A stretch of 64,000 nt of DNA, from contig MU058781.1 of assembly GCA_013265495.1 (NCBI GenBank), forward strand, positions 2,954,158 through 3,018,157, given 5' to 3'. The DNA comes from Vicugna vicugna. Taxonomy: Eukaryota. The position numbers were made by a program, and so were the translations under genes. Position 1 is the stretch's first letter; every line of letters begins with the position of its first letter. This document shows, piece after piece, positions 38,040-51,350 of the stretch. A model generated the notes under the pieces. It searched no databases. It saw only the letters and a list, made by a program, of their open reading frames with translations, and was not told the DNA's origin.

Positions 38040-39400
38040 CTTCCCTCCTTGCCTAGATAATTATAATGACATGAGGAGGCTCTGCAAAAAGAGAAGTACC
38101 TGGGACAGAAGTGGGGGGGGGAGTTCTGTAGGACAAGGCCACTTGATGATGGAGGTGGACACGGAGTAGCTCAGATATAACCCCAGAAGCTCTTCAACCT
38201 GGGAGAATGCATTCCTGGCACAGACACTGTGCCCAAGGGGAGGAGCAGGAATACTGAATATAGTTTGGTTTAGAGTGATGGATAGAAAAATAAGATGAGA
38301 TTATACTGTAGTATCCCTTGGAAACCAGAGAAAGATTTTACTTTATTGTTGCTTTTGTTTTCTGGGTTTTTTTTTCTTTTTTCCTTTATTTGATGGCAAT
38401 AGAGAATCACTATATGTTTTTGAGAATATTATTCTGGCAGCAGTGTGTATACAATGTTGGGAAGATGGACAGACAAGAGATGCTGTTTCAATACCTAGGC
38501 CAAAAAGAAATAGGATCTCATGATATCTATGAGAATAGGATGGAGGAAAGTGATTTCAGGGCTGTTACAAAAGTGTAAGAAAATAACCTGGCAAGTGATT
38601 ATATTGAGAGACACGTTGAAAGAAGTCAAGGTGCTTGAATGATCAGGAGGCCAATAAAAATGGTCATGAAAATAGAGGAGTCAAGAGGAAGAGAAACTGG
38701 TTTTGTAAGAGTTTCAGGTTGAAATTTTGACATATTAAGATTTAGGACTCACAAATTATGTTATCAGGCAGAAAAACATAGAAGGTATGGAGTGCAGATC
38801 AGAGATGCAGCTCTGCGAGTCACCTGCCTAGATCAAGGTGACTATCAAAGCTCTGGGAGTCTATTGGCCTTTAAGGAAGAAAGTGGAAAAGAAAGAGATG
38901 GGGTGGAATAGATGTGGAGGTCTTAATTTAACTGCTTGTTTTTTTGAATTATCTTCCATACCCTCTAACAGATTACATGTTGAAAGATGCTTTTGAAGCA
39001 AAACGGTCCTTTCCTTTGCAATATACTGCTTCCCCTCCACCATATGTTCATTCTTTATGGATTAGATAAATGAGTTGCAAAGTCTCATTATTCAGATAAT
39101 GATTGGGCATTTTTCTTTTAATAAGTTTGGTGGTGATGCAAAGGGAGGGAAAAGGCAGTAGCTGGAAGGCTTAGCAGGGTCATAGCAATGATGAGGAGAA
39201 GATAAGCCTCATGACTCAGAAGAAAGGGACCCACAGAGGAGGGGAGACTGGCAAGTCAAGTGAGAGAGAGAATAAAAGGACAAGGTTCAAGGGTAGGTGT
39301 GAGTGGATGGGGCTGGAGCACTTGCCCACGGCTTAGCTTCACCCTTCTTACTGAAGAGGAAGAGAAAAATGTAGAAGGTAATTTGAGGATGGAGGAAGAA
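38040..39400 (-). mobile_element. fragmented L2
   Basis: Purine-rich antisense L2-like blocks. Confidence 0.55.
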
Positions 39401-39649
39401 AGCTAACGTAGCAGACACTGGATAACTAATTGGTAATTCTGTCGGACTTCAAAGATAAAGAATCTTTTAATACGTAATTAAAATATCAGAAGAAAAACAA
39501 CCAGTCTGATCTCAGACTTTGCCACAGTGTTAGAACATGGAGTTCTGCCCCAAAATCTTCAAAGAAAGAGAACTTGACCCAAGAACTATAGACCCACCCA
39601 AGCTGCCTTTCATGTATGACAACAAATATTCTGGAGCATGCAAATAATT

Positions 39650-39920
39650 TGTAGCCTAGTCAGACTGCGGAGAACTACGATTACCGGGCCTTTTCCCAAT
39701 CACGTTTCCCCACGCTCCCCACGCCTCCCACCTCCCGGCTTCTTTGTTCATGCCACAAACACCCCAAGACCCTTACCCCCCGGGAGGCGGACGTGAAGCT
39801 TGTTTTCCGGTCCTCTCGCTTGGCTGCCTTGTGCATTTGACTCTCTCTTTGTAGGCCTCAAACGTCGGCGTCTCAGCATTTTGGCTCGCTGTGCATCGGG
39901 CAAAACCAACCGCCTCAGTA
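39650..39920 (+). mobile_element. ERV1-type (MER41-like) LTR, 3' part
   Basis: gggaggcggacgtgaagcttgttttccggtcctctcgcttggctgccttgtg...gtcggcgtctcagc...tggctcgctgtgcatcgggcaaa resembles laurasiatherian MER41-like LTR ends. Confidence 0.65.
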
Positions 39921-40260
39921 CGTCTCCTTTTCTAGCTTTCCTATTCTATCCCCTTTCTTGTCTTCTAAGTTAACAAACGAAACTAAAAGCCAGAGATGTT
40001 CACAGGTTCAGTCAGTCATTCAGCAACCGCTAGCGGAGCGCTCGCTCCTTCAGGGACCCTGCCTGGCTTTGGTTGCGCGAAGCCGACAGCCCTCTGACCT
40101 CAAGGAACTCGAAGCCCAGGGGGAGAGAGTGTCGTAAACGGCGCGCGCAAGGAATTGTGGTCCGTTCAATTAAAGGGGAAAGTACGGATTACCGCTCTGA
40201 GGAGACGGCGGAACCTACGAGAAGCCGTGACGAGGGAAATGCAAAGGCTCCTAAGGATGT
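39660..40260. promoter_or_regulatory. orphan CpG-rich patch, candidate promoter
   Basis: Roughly 40 CpGs in 600 bp (hand count) in an otherwise CpG-depleted window; includes GGCGCGCGCA. Confidence 0.55.
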
Positions 40261-41940
40261 AGGTAGGACCCTGAAGCTTTTCTTTCTTTTAAAAAAAATT
40301 TTTAAAGATATTTTTATTAAAGTATAGTCAGTTTACAATGTTGTTTCAATTTCTGGTGTACAGCACAATGCTTCAGTCATATAGGAACATACGTATATTC
40401 GTTTTCATAGTCTTTGTCACCGTAAGTTACTACAAGATATCAAATATAGTTCCCTGTGCTATGCAGTATAAACGTGTTTACCTATTTTATATATATCAGT
40501 CAGTATTTGCAAATCTCGAACTCCCAATTTATCCCTCCCCACTCCGGTAACCATAAGTTTGTTTTCTATGTCTGTGAGTCTGTTTCTGTTTTGTAAATAA
40601 GTTTGTTTGGCCTTTTTTTTTTTTTTTTTGAATTTGCATTTTAATACAAGTCTAGTTGATTTACAGTATTGTGTTATTTTCAGGGGTACAGTAAAAGTGA
40701 CATTCTCCGGGTCCATCTTTGTTGCTGCAAATGGCATTATTTTATTATATTTTATGGCTGAGTAGTATTCCATTGCATAAGTATGCTATGACTTTTTTTT
40801 CTTAAAAGATGAGTAGAATATCAAAATGGGGTGGGTGGTAGAAGACGACTTTCAGGCAGACGAATAGTATGAGCAAAAACAGGAAAGGAAAATGTGTTCT
40901 GTGTGCTCAGAGACCACAAGGAGTTCAGTGTCATTTCAGTACAAAATACAGAAGGTAAAGCTTGAGAGGGTACAGGGGCTGGACACATACTCTATGTTAG
41001 GTAGTTGGGATTCATTCTGCAGGTCCTGGAAAGCCAGCAAAGAATTCTGAGCTGTGGAATTACATTGTTGGTTTAATATTTTGGGTAAATCACCCCACTG
41101 GCTTTGCAAAAGATGAATCTGAGAGGGAAAATACCAAAGGTTGATAAAGTGATTAGGGGCCTAGTACAATATCCCCCCACAGAGGATGTCTGTTTTAGAT
41201 AGGGGTGATAAAGTGAGAGAAGACATGAGGGCTTGAAGAAACAGTTATAAAGTGAAAAATTGGGTTTAGAGACTTATTTTGTGTGGGAGACTTCAGAGGA
41301 ATGGAGGAGTCGAGGATGCTCCCACGTTGTGTTACCTAGGAGATACTGTCAACCTAGAGAAAATACAGGACGCCAAAGAAGATGATGTTAGTAGTTGCCT
41401 TTAACTGCAGTGGAGCTAATACCTGGTTGAAGCTGAGGTCGTTAGGTCCATCAGCAGTTAGGTAAATGCCTGAAAAGTCTGCGCTAGACAGATTTGGGGC
41501 TTATCAGCACCGAGTGAATAGCTGTGCACATGAATATGGGGCATTACTGTAAAGCAATAATGAGATGAGAGAAAAACACTGGGCTGAAGCTAGAACAAGG
41601 GTATACCAGCTGTAATGGCGGGGTGGGGGTGGGTGCTGGTAAACAAAAGGCCCTATACAGGATACAGAGATTAAAACGTGCAGAAATGTATGGGGGAACC
41701 AAGAAAGTAGAGGTTTAAATGAAGGAGTACCTGATAGTGACCAATCAGAGGATAACGGAAAACATTCACTAAATAGGACAACATATCAGTACGTGGGGAA
41801 GAAAGCCAGAATCAAAGCTTCAGAAAGCTGAGTACATGGGAAGGGAGGTGGCAGGAAGATGGGTGAGGTCAGTTCTTCAAGGAGCTTAGCTGGTGAGGGG
41901 TGGATGATAGAGGATGACCAGGAGACTTGGGAGTTTACAT
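40010..41940 (-). mobile_element. L2, interrupted by L1 at 40310-40790
   Basis: Starts ttcagtcagtcattcagcaa (antisense L2 3' tail); resumes cttaaaagatgagtaga after the L1. Confidence 0.65.
40310..40790 (-). mobile_element. young camelid-type L1 3' end
   Basis: aagtatagtcagtttacaatgttg...tctggtgtacagca...ggtaaccataagtttgttttctatgtctgtgagtctg. Confidence 0.9.
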
Positions 41941-44900
41941 TTAAAAAAAAAAAACAGAAGACAAAAACCAGCTTGGCATCATTTAAGGCGTCCTGTCTGC
42001 AAATCATCTGCACCCTCACCTGAGCCCAATTATCAGCGCCCTCCCTTAGATAATGAGACACGGCCCAGTAGCAGGTGTTCTTAAGATGGATCAAGCTGGT
42101 GGACCGATGTGAATGGGTGAGTAACCGCCTAGCAAAGCTGATTAAAATAGATAGACCAGCCGTGTGTGCACTTCAAGTTTCCTTCACTCAGTGCTGCTGT
42201 AAAGCTGAATCATTAGGCCAATGGCCTTGATTCTCTGCTAAGGCATTTCCTATAGACAGTTTTCCTTGAAACCCGGGCCATATAAAAAGGCTTTTTCATC
42301 CATATCCTGGTCTATGCTGTGTTTACTACCTTCTCATGCCCTCTGCCTACCTGAGAGGTTGACCCAAGAATTACAGTCCCACACAAGCTGTCTTTCATGT
42401 ATAATGACAGCAAATATTTTGGAATGTGCCAAGAACTCTGGGACTAGAGTCCCAGATACACTGCTTAAATTTCAGTTAAGAAGCTACTGCAAAAGAGAGA
42501 AGAGTGAAAAGTGTCTTTGACAATTAACCCATGAGTGAGCATCCCTTTTTGTATTACACTTAAGATACATTTGGGCTCCTGACACTATACATTTTCTTCC
42601 CTTCCCTATTTTGAGACAGATTTACAAATGCTTTTACACCAACTGATGTTCGAAGGTAAAAAGTCTTATCTGCTGCAGTCCAGCTTTTTCTGACCAGCAT
42701 TCGTAACAAACATTTGGATCTCTTCCAATAGTGAATAAGCAGGGAGAAATGCTAAATGCTAGCCTGAAGACACCAGTCACAGCAGACTGATTTTTTTTTA
42801 ATTGCCAGATTTGCAACATGTTGGGTCAATGGAACTGTTATTCCACTGACTTTGAAATCTTGGGTTTTAAAATTCTAAAATGAAGGCTGAGACCCTGTTT
42901 GAGGAACTCTGAGCAAAAGTGTTCTTTCTTCCCTCCGCTGATAAATGGGCAGCATGGGATGGATTCTGAGGACTGCGTTTGACTGTCTAGCAGGTCCCTG
43001 CTTGGTTGCTTTCTGTGGGTTGTGACAGAAATTGGCAAGAAGCATGAGGAGGCTGAAAGGCTTTGCTGACACTGGACACACAGGCAGTTTCTCAGTCTAT
43101 TGCTCCTGTGTGGAAATTTGCTTTCTTAATGCTTGGTGTCCCTTCTTGCTTTAAGAATGCATTCTCTGATTTCTCCGTTTGGTTCGTAGGCTTACCTTCC
43201 TCACCTGCCAGGAATTGGCCGGTGTTGGGGGTGGAGGGATCAGTTAACTTCTCAGTAACCTACTTCCCATCACCGCAGGAATCTCAAGCTGGGCAAGTGA
43301 CAACTCTGAATGGCCACCGTGTGCTACCTGATTAAGGAATACAGAAAATTTTATGTATGAAACGAAAGCCCCAAGGGAGAAAGGCCACTTTGAAATTTGG
43401 TGTTTTTTTCCCACTTGCTCGGCTCAGGTCCTTGTGTGTTAAGAAGAAATGTGTCAGTTCCTCTTGTTTTCTCTAGTGGAGCAGCAGAGCAGCGTGGTGC
43501 CCAGCAGGGAGCCCTGGCATAGCAAGATCAAGCTCTGTAGGGACTTATCACCAGGTGAACACCACCAGAGCCAGCCCCACCACCAGTGAGGGTATTCCAG
43601 GCAGCAATTAAATCGTGATCATTCCCCTCTACACGTACCTCCCCACTTCCATCTCTAATCCCAGCTGTCTTCCAACTGTGGGGAGCCCAAAGTGGATAAC
43701 TAGACACCAGGAATCCATGTCAACCCTCAATGCTAGCAGTAACAAGATCCTGGCCCCCATTACCCAGATTAGGGAAAAGGGGCGAGGTCTTCTGCTCAAC
43801 AGTGAATTCAGGTGCAGGTCCAAAGGGTGGTTTAAGAAAGGCTGGAAATAAAATGTGCAGAAGAAAGGTGAATAAGGAAAATAGAGTGAGATATAATTCT
43901 CTGCAAAGATTTAAGAGGAGTGCAATTTTCCCTTAGATTATAAAATTAGAGCAATAGCCCTGTTTTGAAGACCATCTTCCTTACCTGGCATCAAAAGCAT
44001 AAGAAAGCAACGGGAATGCTGGAGGGAGATGGACAGGCATGATAACGGCCCTCCTGTGAGTGTCCCATCAGAACAATAACAAAAGCAGCAACCCTAGAAA
44101 AACACCCCAAAATGATGTTGGAAGCATGGGAGACTTAAAGCTGATGGCAAAGTGGTCAAGCCATAATCACCACTTCTCTCATGAATGTAAATAAGGATAA
44201 CTGGAGTGGAATATGAGGCAGGGGAGAGAATAAGAGCTGGGATTAGGAAGCGAAATGAGAGGTGATGAGAGAAAAAGATCTGTGAACTGTGAAAATCTTT
44301 TAAATATGAGAAGAACAAGTACTCTGTCAGGAGATAAGTTGAAAAGATCAAAAAATACATAGCAAAGAATGTGAGATGAAAGGACAGAAGGGCAGAGATG
44401 CTGGAAGAAAACAAGGACAGGAAGAGGGAGAGAAATACAGGAAAGGTGGGGGTGTTCCTGGAAGAAGTGCAAGAGTTAGAAGGAAATACACAGAAGACAA
44501 CTTTGGAGAGAAAGTCTCTGATTTATGAGTCAAATCCCATGAACGTGGTTAACGAATTACTGATGAATAATCATTAACTAACACTACCTTTTATTAAAAC
44601 TTAAAATGCAGCAGTCGCTGTCAGAAAAAACTGTAAATTCAGATTGTTGAAAGTAATCAGAAAAAAAAAAGGCAGTAATGGGAAATAGGAGGACTTATCT
44701 TGCTCCAAGCTCTTGTGACCTGCCACCCAGCTCCTCAAGTCTACTGCTATGACTCTGTTTCTATTAGTCATCAGTTAATGTACTTGAACAGATTCAGTTA
44801 TAGTCATAAGAGGCAAATAGGCCAATGTATAAAATAGCCCAGTTGTATTTTGTTTTCTCCACAGCTTCTGAGCACAGAGATTTTTTTTAGTTAAACTGAT

Positions 44901-45217
44901 TTACTGTTGATGTGGCAATCTGGTGACATCATTTTATTGGAGCCAAGCTCCACCTGCTTATTAAACTTCCCTTCCAACCCTTGATCTAGTCCTAGGTCTA
45001 GAGCCCAACACGAAAAGGGAGTTAAAGGGAAGAGAGTTTAGTATGTAATTGCTACATGATCTGACAATGTAAATTTGTTACACTCATTAGGTGGCCTGTA
45101 TGAGGAGATTGGCATATTCAAATAAGTTTTAAACTACTTTAGTGATTATAATTGATGGTAGCAGCATTAGTAGTATTATTCTGAGACTGTTGTTTATTTG
45201 TGTATAATATGGGATAG

Positions 45218-45442
45218 TAGGGTTACTCAATCTTGGCACTACTAACATTTTGGACCAAATATTATTTGTCGTGAGGGCTAGTCCTGTGCTTTTAGGATGT
45301 TTTAACAGCAGCCCTGGCCTCTGCCTCCTAAATACCAATAGCACCAATGCCCCAACTCCTCCAGCTGTGACAACCAAAAATGTCTCCTGAGTGCTGCTAA
45401 ATATCCCTTGAGAGGAAACTCACCCTTGGCTGAGAACCACTT
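45218..45442. mobile_element. MER20 DNA transposon
   Basis: ctcaatcttggcactactaacattttggacc...gtgacaaccaaaaatgtctcc...tgagaaccact. Confidence 0.9.
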
Positions 45443-45559
45443 GGATAAAGCAAATGAACAATAATGGAATATGCAAATTCTAATTCACTCTCTGTGTCCC
45501 TGGTATAAAGGAAAAGAAACACAGATTATGGTATATACAGTGGGAGGAGAGAGAGAGAA

Positions 45560-47860
45560 AGAAATTATAGCACTTAGATTGTAGTCTTGAAGTATTATTT
45601 CCCATTAAAAAGAAACCAGGGCTTGTTGGAGAAATGCTGGCTCCAGGCCTATGGCAAGAAATGCACAAGATGATTTTGGGATTCCTTGACCTACTCGATA
45701 TCAAGGGAGAAATTAAATGTTGCTAGGGTCATTGTCAAAATGACTCAGACTCTAAATAAGAGTGCCCCACTGACCAAAGTTTGAGCAAAAGAATCTACAG
45801 TGAGCAAGCTTTGATCTTCAATAAAAATAAGATTTGCAATACATTGGAAATTATTAAATATGTTTAAATCCACAAGTTCATAATATTTTTAAAACAATAG
45901 TTATTGTCAGATTACAAGGAACCATCATTGTCTTGAAAACTAATAAAGATTATGAATCAAGTATTTACCCACCTTTTCCTCAATCAACCAAATAGTAGAT
46001 TAATGTGTTTCTATAAAAGATTTTCAAATAACAAATTCAAAAGAATTAATAAATTAGAATATGCGAGCTCCCATTATTTAATAGATTGAGGCACTGAGAA
46101 TCACGGGCCAGTGACAGCACAAAAAGATACAACCAGATATAATAGGCCTCCTGATAAAAGAACACACAGCCACGTGTAGTCTTACCAAAGAAGCCAAACC
46201 CAAGTCTGTCTGATCAAGTGTCTGAGCCCAGCTGTCAGTTTACAAGAAATAGGACAGAGGAACATGCTACCCTGCACAAGGAGTGTGCCATCAGCAAAAT
46301 TCAGACTGTGGGACAATCCACAGCGAAATGGCCAGGGTTCTTCCACAGTCAGATTGTAAGGGAAAGAAAGGAATGGAAGAGGAAAAGTAGATGAAAGACA
46401 CTAAAATGCTACATCAAATATTTTGCAAGGGCAAGACTAAGTGTTTTAGTGATGCACATGAGTGATAAAAGCACATAGACATGCAAGGAAATAATTACGA
46501 AAGTTAAGATAGAGGTTATTTGTGGAAGGAGGGGCTTCCAGGTGGCAGGCATAGTTCTATTTCTTGGCCTGAGTGATGTTTAACAGAGTGTTCAACTTGT
46601 AATTCAGGAAGTTATATATTCTCTGTGATTTCTTTTGCATCTGTTGATAATGAAGAGGTTAAAAGAGAAAGTTATCAAAAATGAATATTTCTAAATTGTC
46701 TCAATTTAGTGACAGGAGGCCATTTTTTGCCTTGATGAGTCAGTTTTGGTGGAGTGATATAGATGCAAAATAGACTGATGTAGGGTGAATGTTTAAATGC
46801 TGGTGGAAAGCAGTAAGCAGAAGGAGAGAGGCTAAAGATACAGGTGAGAGACTGCCAATGACCAAACCTTGAAAATGTGAGCGTTAAAATAATCATGATA
46901 GAAATAGTAGAAATTACTTTTTAAAAGTAAAATCCATAAGTCCATAGTAATATAATACAATCAATTAATTGATGAGAAAGGAAAGTTCTTCCTTTCAACT
47001 AAATGTCAACTAATAAATATGGAAGAAATGATAGGGCTAGAAAATCGGCAATTTTCCGCAGGTTACAAATAGGATACTAAAGTTCATGAGTGAAATATTG
47101 AAGAACAGGGTATTAACATAGTCTCAAATTATCACCTCACAAATAACTCATTAATTACAAAGGGAAAACTAATAATTTTACAGTAGAGAAATACAGCAGA
47201 CACCACCTTAACCAAGTAGATATTACCAATATTGGGACAAAATTGACATCCTGAACCTTCTGATAAAATGTACTAAATAAGACAGAATATCCTGTCTGTT
47301 ATAGTCCCACCAAAAATAAATAACCTGATTTCCAATCATATACAAATAACAAATCCAAATTAAAGGACATTCTAAAAATCAATTGATGTTTATTTTATAA
47401 AATGGTCAAGCTCAAGAAAGATAAAAGTGGGTGAGGAACTGTTTCAGATTAAGGAGACTTTAAAGAGATATGACAGCTAAATCAAGGCATCATCTGAGAC
47501 TGGATCCTAGAACAGAAAAAGAATGTAGCTATTAAGGACGTTATTAGGAAAACTGGTGGAGTTTGAATATGGATTGTGGATTAGATAGTATTGTTATCAA
47601 TGTTAAACTTCATGATTTTGATCATTGCACTGTGGTTATGTCAGAGAATGGCACTGTTCTTAGGAAATACACCCTGCAGTATTTAGGAGATAAGAAGTAT
47701 GCTGTCTCTCCAATGTATCTGAAATGATTCCTTATGGATTGAGAAAGAAGAAGAGAAGCAGATGGAGCAAAATGTAAACAATTGATGAATCTGGGTTCAT
47801 GGATTTTCTTGTACTTTTCCTACAGCATTTCTGTAAGTTTAAAATTATATCAAAATAGAA
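45560..47860 (+). mobile_element. L1MC/L1ME 3' fragments with interleaved L2
   Basis: gcagacaccaccttaaccaagt, ctggatcctagaacagaaaa, tcttaggaaatacac motifs. Confidence 0.7.
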
Positions 47861-49662
47861 GTTAGAGGAGAGAGGAGGGATGACTGACAGATTGAGGTCA
47901 CTGAGGAGATGAAAGGGAATAGTATTTAGAGCCCAAGCAGAGGGAAGAGCCTTAGATTGGAGGAGGGACACTTCATCTGTTGTAAAAAAAAAAAAGAGAA
48001 GGGGGAAAAGATAGGTTTTGATAACCCATTTTCTGTGTTGGTTGAGTGGAGGGAGGAAAGAATCAGTTCTTGTAATCTTATTAGCAAGGAAATAAGTATC
48101 TATTTTACTCTCTCCCACTTTTGAAAGTTGATAAAGGAAGGAGAAAGCATGAGCCTGGACTGGATGAACCATTACTTAGCAGAGGGTTTTAATGAGTCTT
48201 GGGGTGTGCAAAGGAAGATTTTAGGCTGACTATGTGAGCTCATGGTACAGGCCCACTCCTGTGTATGCAGGGGAGAAAGATTGGGAAAAGGTGAGAAGAA
48301 ATAAGGTGGGAGAGCCTCATTCTCACTAGAGTTAAGAGAAATAATGTGGTTCAGAAGGTAGTAAGTTAGTTATCATCCATTACTGCCCAAGCTAGGATGC
48401 CAGTCCTGATTTTGCTTATGATTGTCCCTTAAGCCCGTTTTCATAGAGTGAGCCTTTGGGCTATTTTTAAACTAAGGCATAAAATGTGTTTTACCTGCAA
48501 ATTGTTCATATAACTATTTGCCTTAGTTATTGCTTAAGTTTAAAACCTATTTGTGGAAAGATGAAATTTTACAGCAAATAGTGAAACGTTCAAGTTATAA
48601 ACCCATCTCTGTAAGTAAAGAACAGCCTTACTCACTTGGCTTTCTACTAAAATGCCCCCAAAGAGACCAACAGCCAGGATAGATGCAATGCACTTTCATT
48701 GAAAAGTGTGTTTTTCTTTCTTCTTATGGCTCAAATTTTCACCATTACCTCTCTTCAGCTTGTTAGAGCAATGATTTGATCAATTGCAAGATGCATTATA
48801 AAGACTTAAAAATTAGTAAAAATTTGGCCTCCAGAGATCTCTTTTACCCTTAGAATGGTGAGACTGTTCAAGCACAAAGTTTAAATGCAGTACTCTTTAC
48901 ACATGGGAGAATATTAGGCCATCAGAATTATTTTTTTCAAAAATGAGTGTTTACCCATTACAAATAGTGTAAAAGCCTATTTGTATAATTTTGGAAATTG
49001 TAAAACTTACTGACTGGATGCTTCTAAGTCCTGTTCATCTCAAAATTTTTTGCTAAAACGAATGTGTAGCTTCACCCTGTGTTCCACAAAAGAAAGAGGC
49101 TCAGACAGGTCCTTCCCAGGCAAGGGTATAGTTTAACGTTCTCAAAATTGCTTATTTTGTGGGTCTTTCTAATGAGAAAATAGAGTGGCCTTCTCTCTTA
49201 TGAACACAATCATTGCCCCATTGTTCAAATAATTGCTGTGATATCTATGAAGTAACTATTGAGAGAAATAAAAAATTGTGTGCATGGCCCCTCTCAGTCA
49301 TTGAGCAATCAGAAAATGTAGAGAGACACTGTTTTGTAATGTAACTCATGGAATTAACAAGTAAAGAATTCACACCTTCCTATTTAAATTTTTCAAACAT
49401 AAAATCATTTATTCACAAGTTACCAAAAATATTTCCTACTATTTACAGGACATATAAAGCAAAATACAAAACAAAGTGAAATAAATCTCTTACCAAAAGT
49501 TCATCAGTTTCCCCCTGATGTTTCTCAGTACTTTTTAAAGTTTTTTTTTTAAAATAGACTTGATTTTATGACTTGAAACATCTGAGAGAAAGATTGGATC
49601 ATGATAGCATCTCTCACTACCTTGCTCTTCAAGTAGATTTTTCACTATTTTTTTGTTTGCTT

Positions 49663-51350
49663 GTTTGTTTTTTTAAATTGAAGTACAGTCAGTTACAATG
49701 TGTCAATCTCTGGTGTACAGCACAATGTCCCAGTCATGCCTATACATCCATATTCATATTCTTTTTCATTAAAGGTTATTATAAGATATTGAACATAGTT
49801 TGCTATACAGAAAAAACCTTTTTTAAAGATCTATTTTATATATAGTGGCTAACATTTGTAAATCTCAAACTCCCAAATTTATCCCTTCCCACCCCCTTTC
49901 CCCGGTAACCATAAGATTGTTTACTATATCTGCAAGTCTGTTTCTGTTTTGTAGATGAGTTCACAGTGTCTCATAGATTCCACATATGAGTGATATCATA
50001 TGGTATTTTTCTGTCTCTTTCTGATGTACTTTACTTAGAATGATGATCTCTAGGTCCATCTATATTGCTGCAAATGGCATAATTTTATTCTTTTTTATGG
50101 CTGAGTAGTATTTCATTGTATAAATATACCACATCTTCTTTATCCAGTCATCTGTTGATGGACATTTAGGTTGCTTCCATGTCTTGGCTATTGTATATAG
50201 TGCTGCTATGAACATTGGGAGTGCATGTATCTTTTCAAATTAGAGTTCCCTCCAGATATATATCCAGAAGTGGGATTGCTGGATCATATGGTAAGTATAT
50301 TTTTAGTTTTTTGAGGAATCTCCATACTATTTTCCATAATGGCTACACCAGACTACATCCCCACCAGCAGTGTAGGAGGGGTCCCTTTTCTCCACACCCT
50401 CTCTAGCATTTATCATTCATGGACCTTTGAATGATGGCTATTCTGACTGGTGTGAGGTGGTACCTCATTATAGTTTTCATTTGCATTTCTCTGATAATTA
50501 GTGATACTGAGCATTTTTTCATGTGCCTATTGGCCATTTGTATGTCTTCATTGGAGAATTACTTATTTAGATCTTTTTTTTTAACATTTTTTATTGTTTA
50601 GATCTTCTGACCATTTTTGGATTGGGTTGTTTGTTTTTTTGTTACTAAGTTGTACGAGCTGTTTATACATTCTGGAAATAAAGCCTTTGTCAGTTGAATC
50701 ATTTTGCAAATATTTTCTCCCATTCCATGTGTTTGTTTTTGCTTATGGTTTCCTTTGCTTTACAAAAGCTTATAAGTTTAATTAGGTCACATTTATTTAT
50801 TTTTGCTTTTATTTCTATTGCCTGCGTAGACTGCCCTAAGAGAACATTGCTAAGATTTGCCTGTTTTCTTCTAAGAGGTTTATGCTGTCTTGTTTTATGT
50901 TTAAGTCTTTAACTTATTTTGAGTTTATTTTTGTATATGGTGTGAGGGAGTATTCTAACTTTACTGATTTACATGCTGCTATCCAGTTTTCCCAACACCA
51001 CTTGCTGAAGAGACTGTCTTTTCTCCATTGTATGTTCTTGCCTCCTTTGTCAAAGATTAATTGACCGTAGGTCTGTGGGCTTATTTCTGGGCTCTCTGTT
51101 CTGTTCCATTGATCCATATGTCTGTTTTTATGCCAGTACCATGCTGTTTTAATTACTGTAGCTCTGTAGTGTCTGAAATCTGGGAGGGTTATTCTTCCAG
51201 CTTTGTCCTTTTTCTTCAATATTGCTTTGGCAATTCTGGGTCTTTTGTGATTCCATATAAATTTTAGAATTGTTTGTTCTAGTTTTGTGAAAAATGTCCT
51301 GGGTAATTTGATAGGGCTTGCATTAAATCTGTAGATTGCCTTGGGCAGTA
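49663..51350 (-). mobile_element. young 5'-truncated L1 (ORF2 end plus 3' UTR)
   Basis: [31 protein letters not shown]...[10 protein letters not shown] is L1 ORF2; 9-bp TSD tgtttgctt at 49654-49662 and 51351-51359. Confidence 0.95.

Noticed and set aside
44094..44533. Overlapping hydrophobic minus-strand ORFs
   Set aside because: Antisense of a purine-rich, probably retroelement-derived tract; compositional artefact.
48759..48857. Isolated AG/GT-bounded 99-nt segment
   Set aside because: Early stop in phase 0 and no partner exons; unsupported without RNA data.
50215..51267. Cluster of short ORFs
   Set aside because: Sense and antisense readings of a frameshifted L1.
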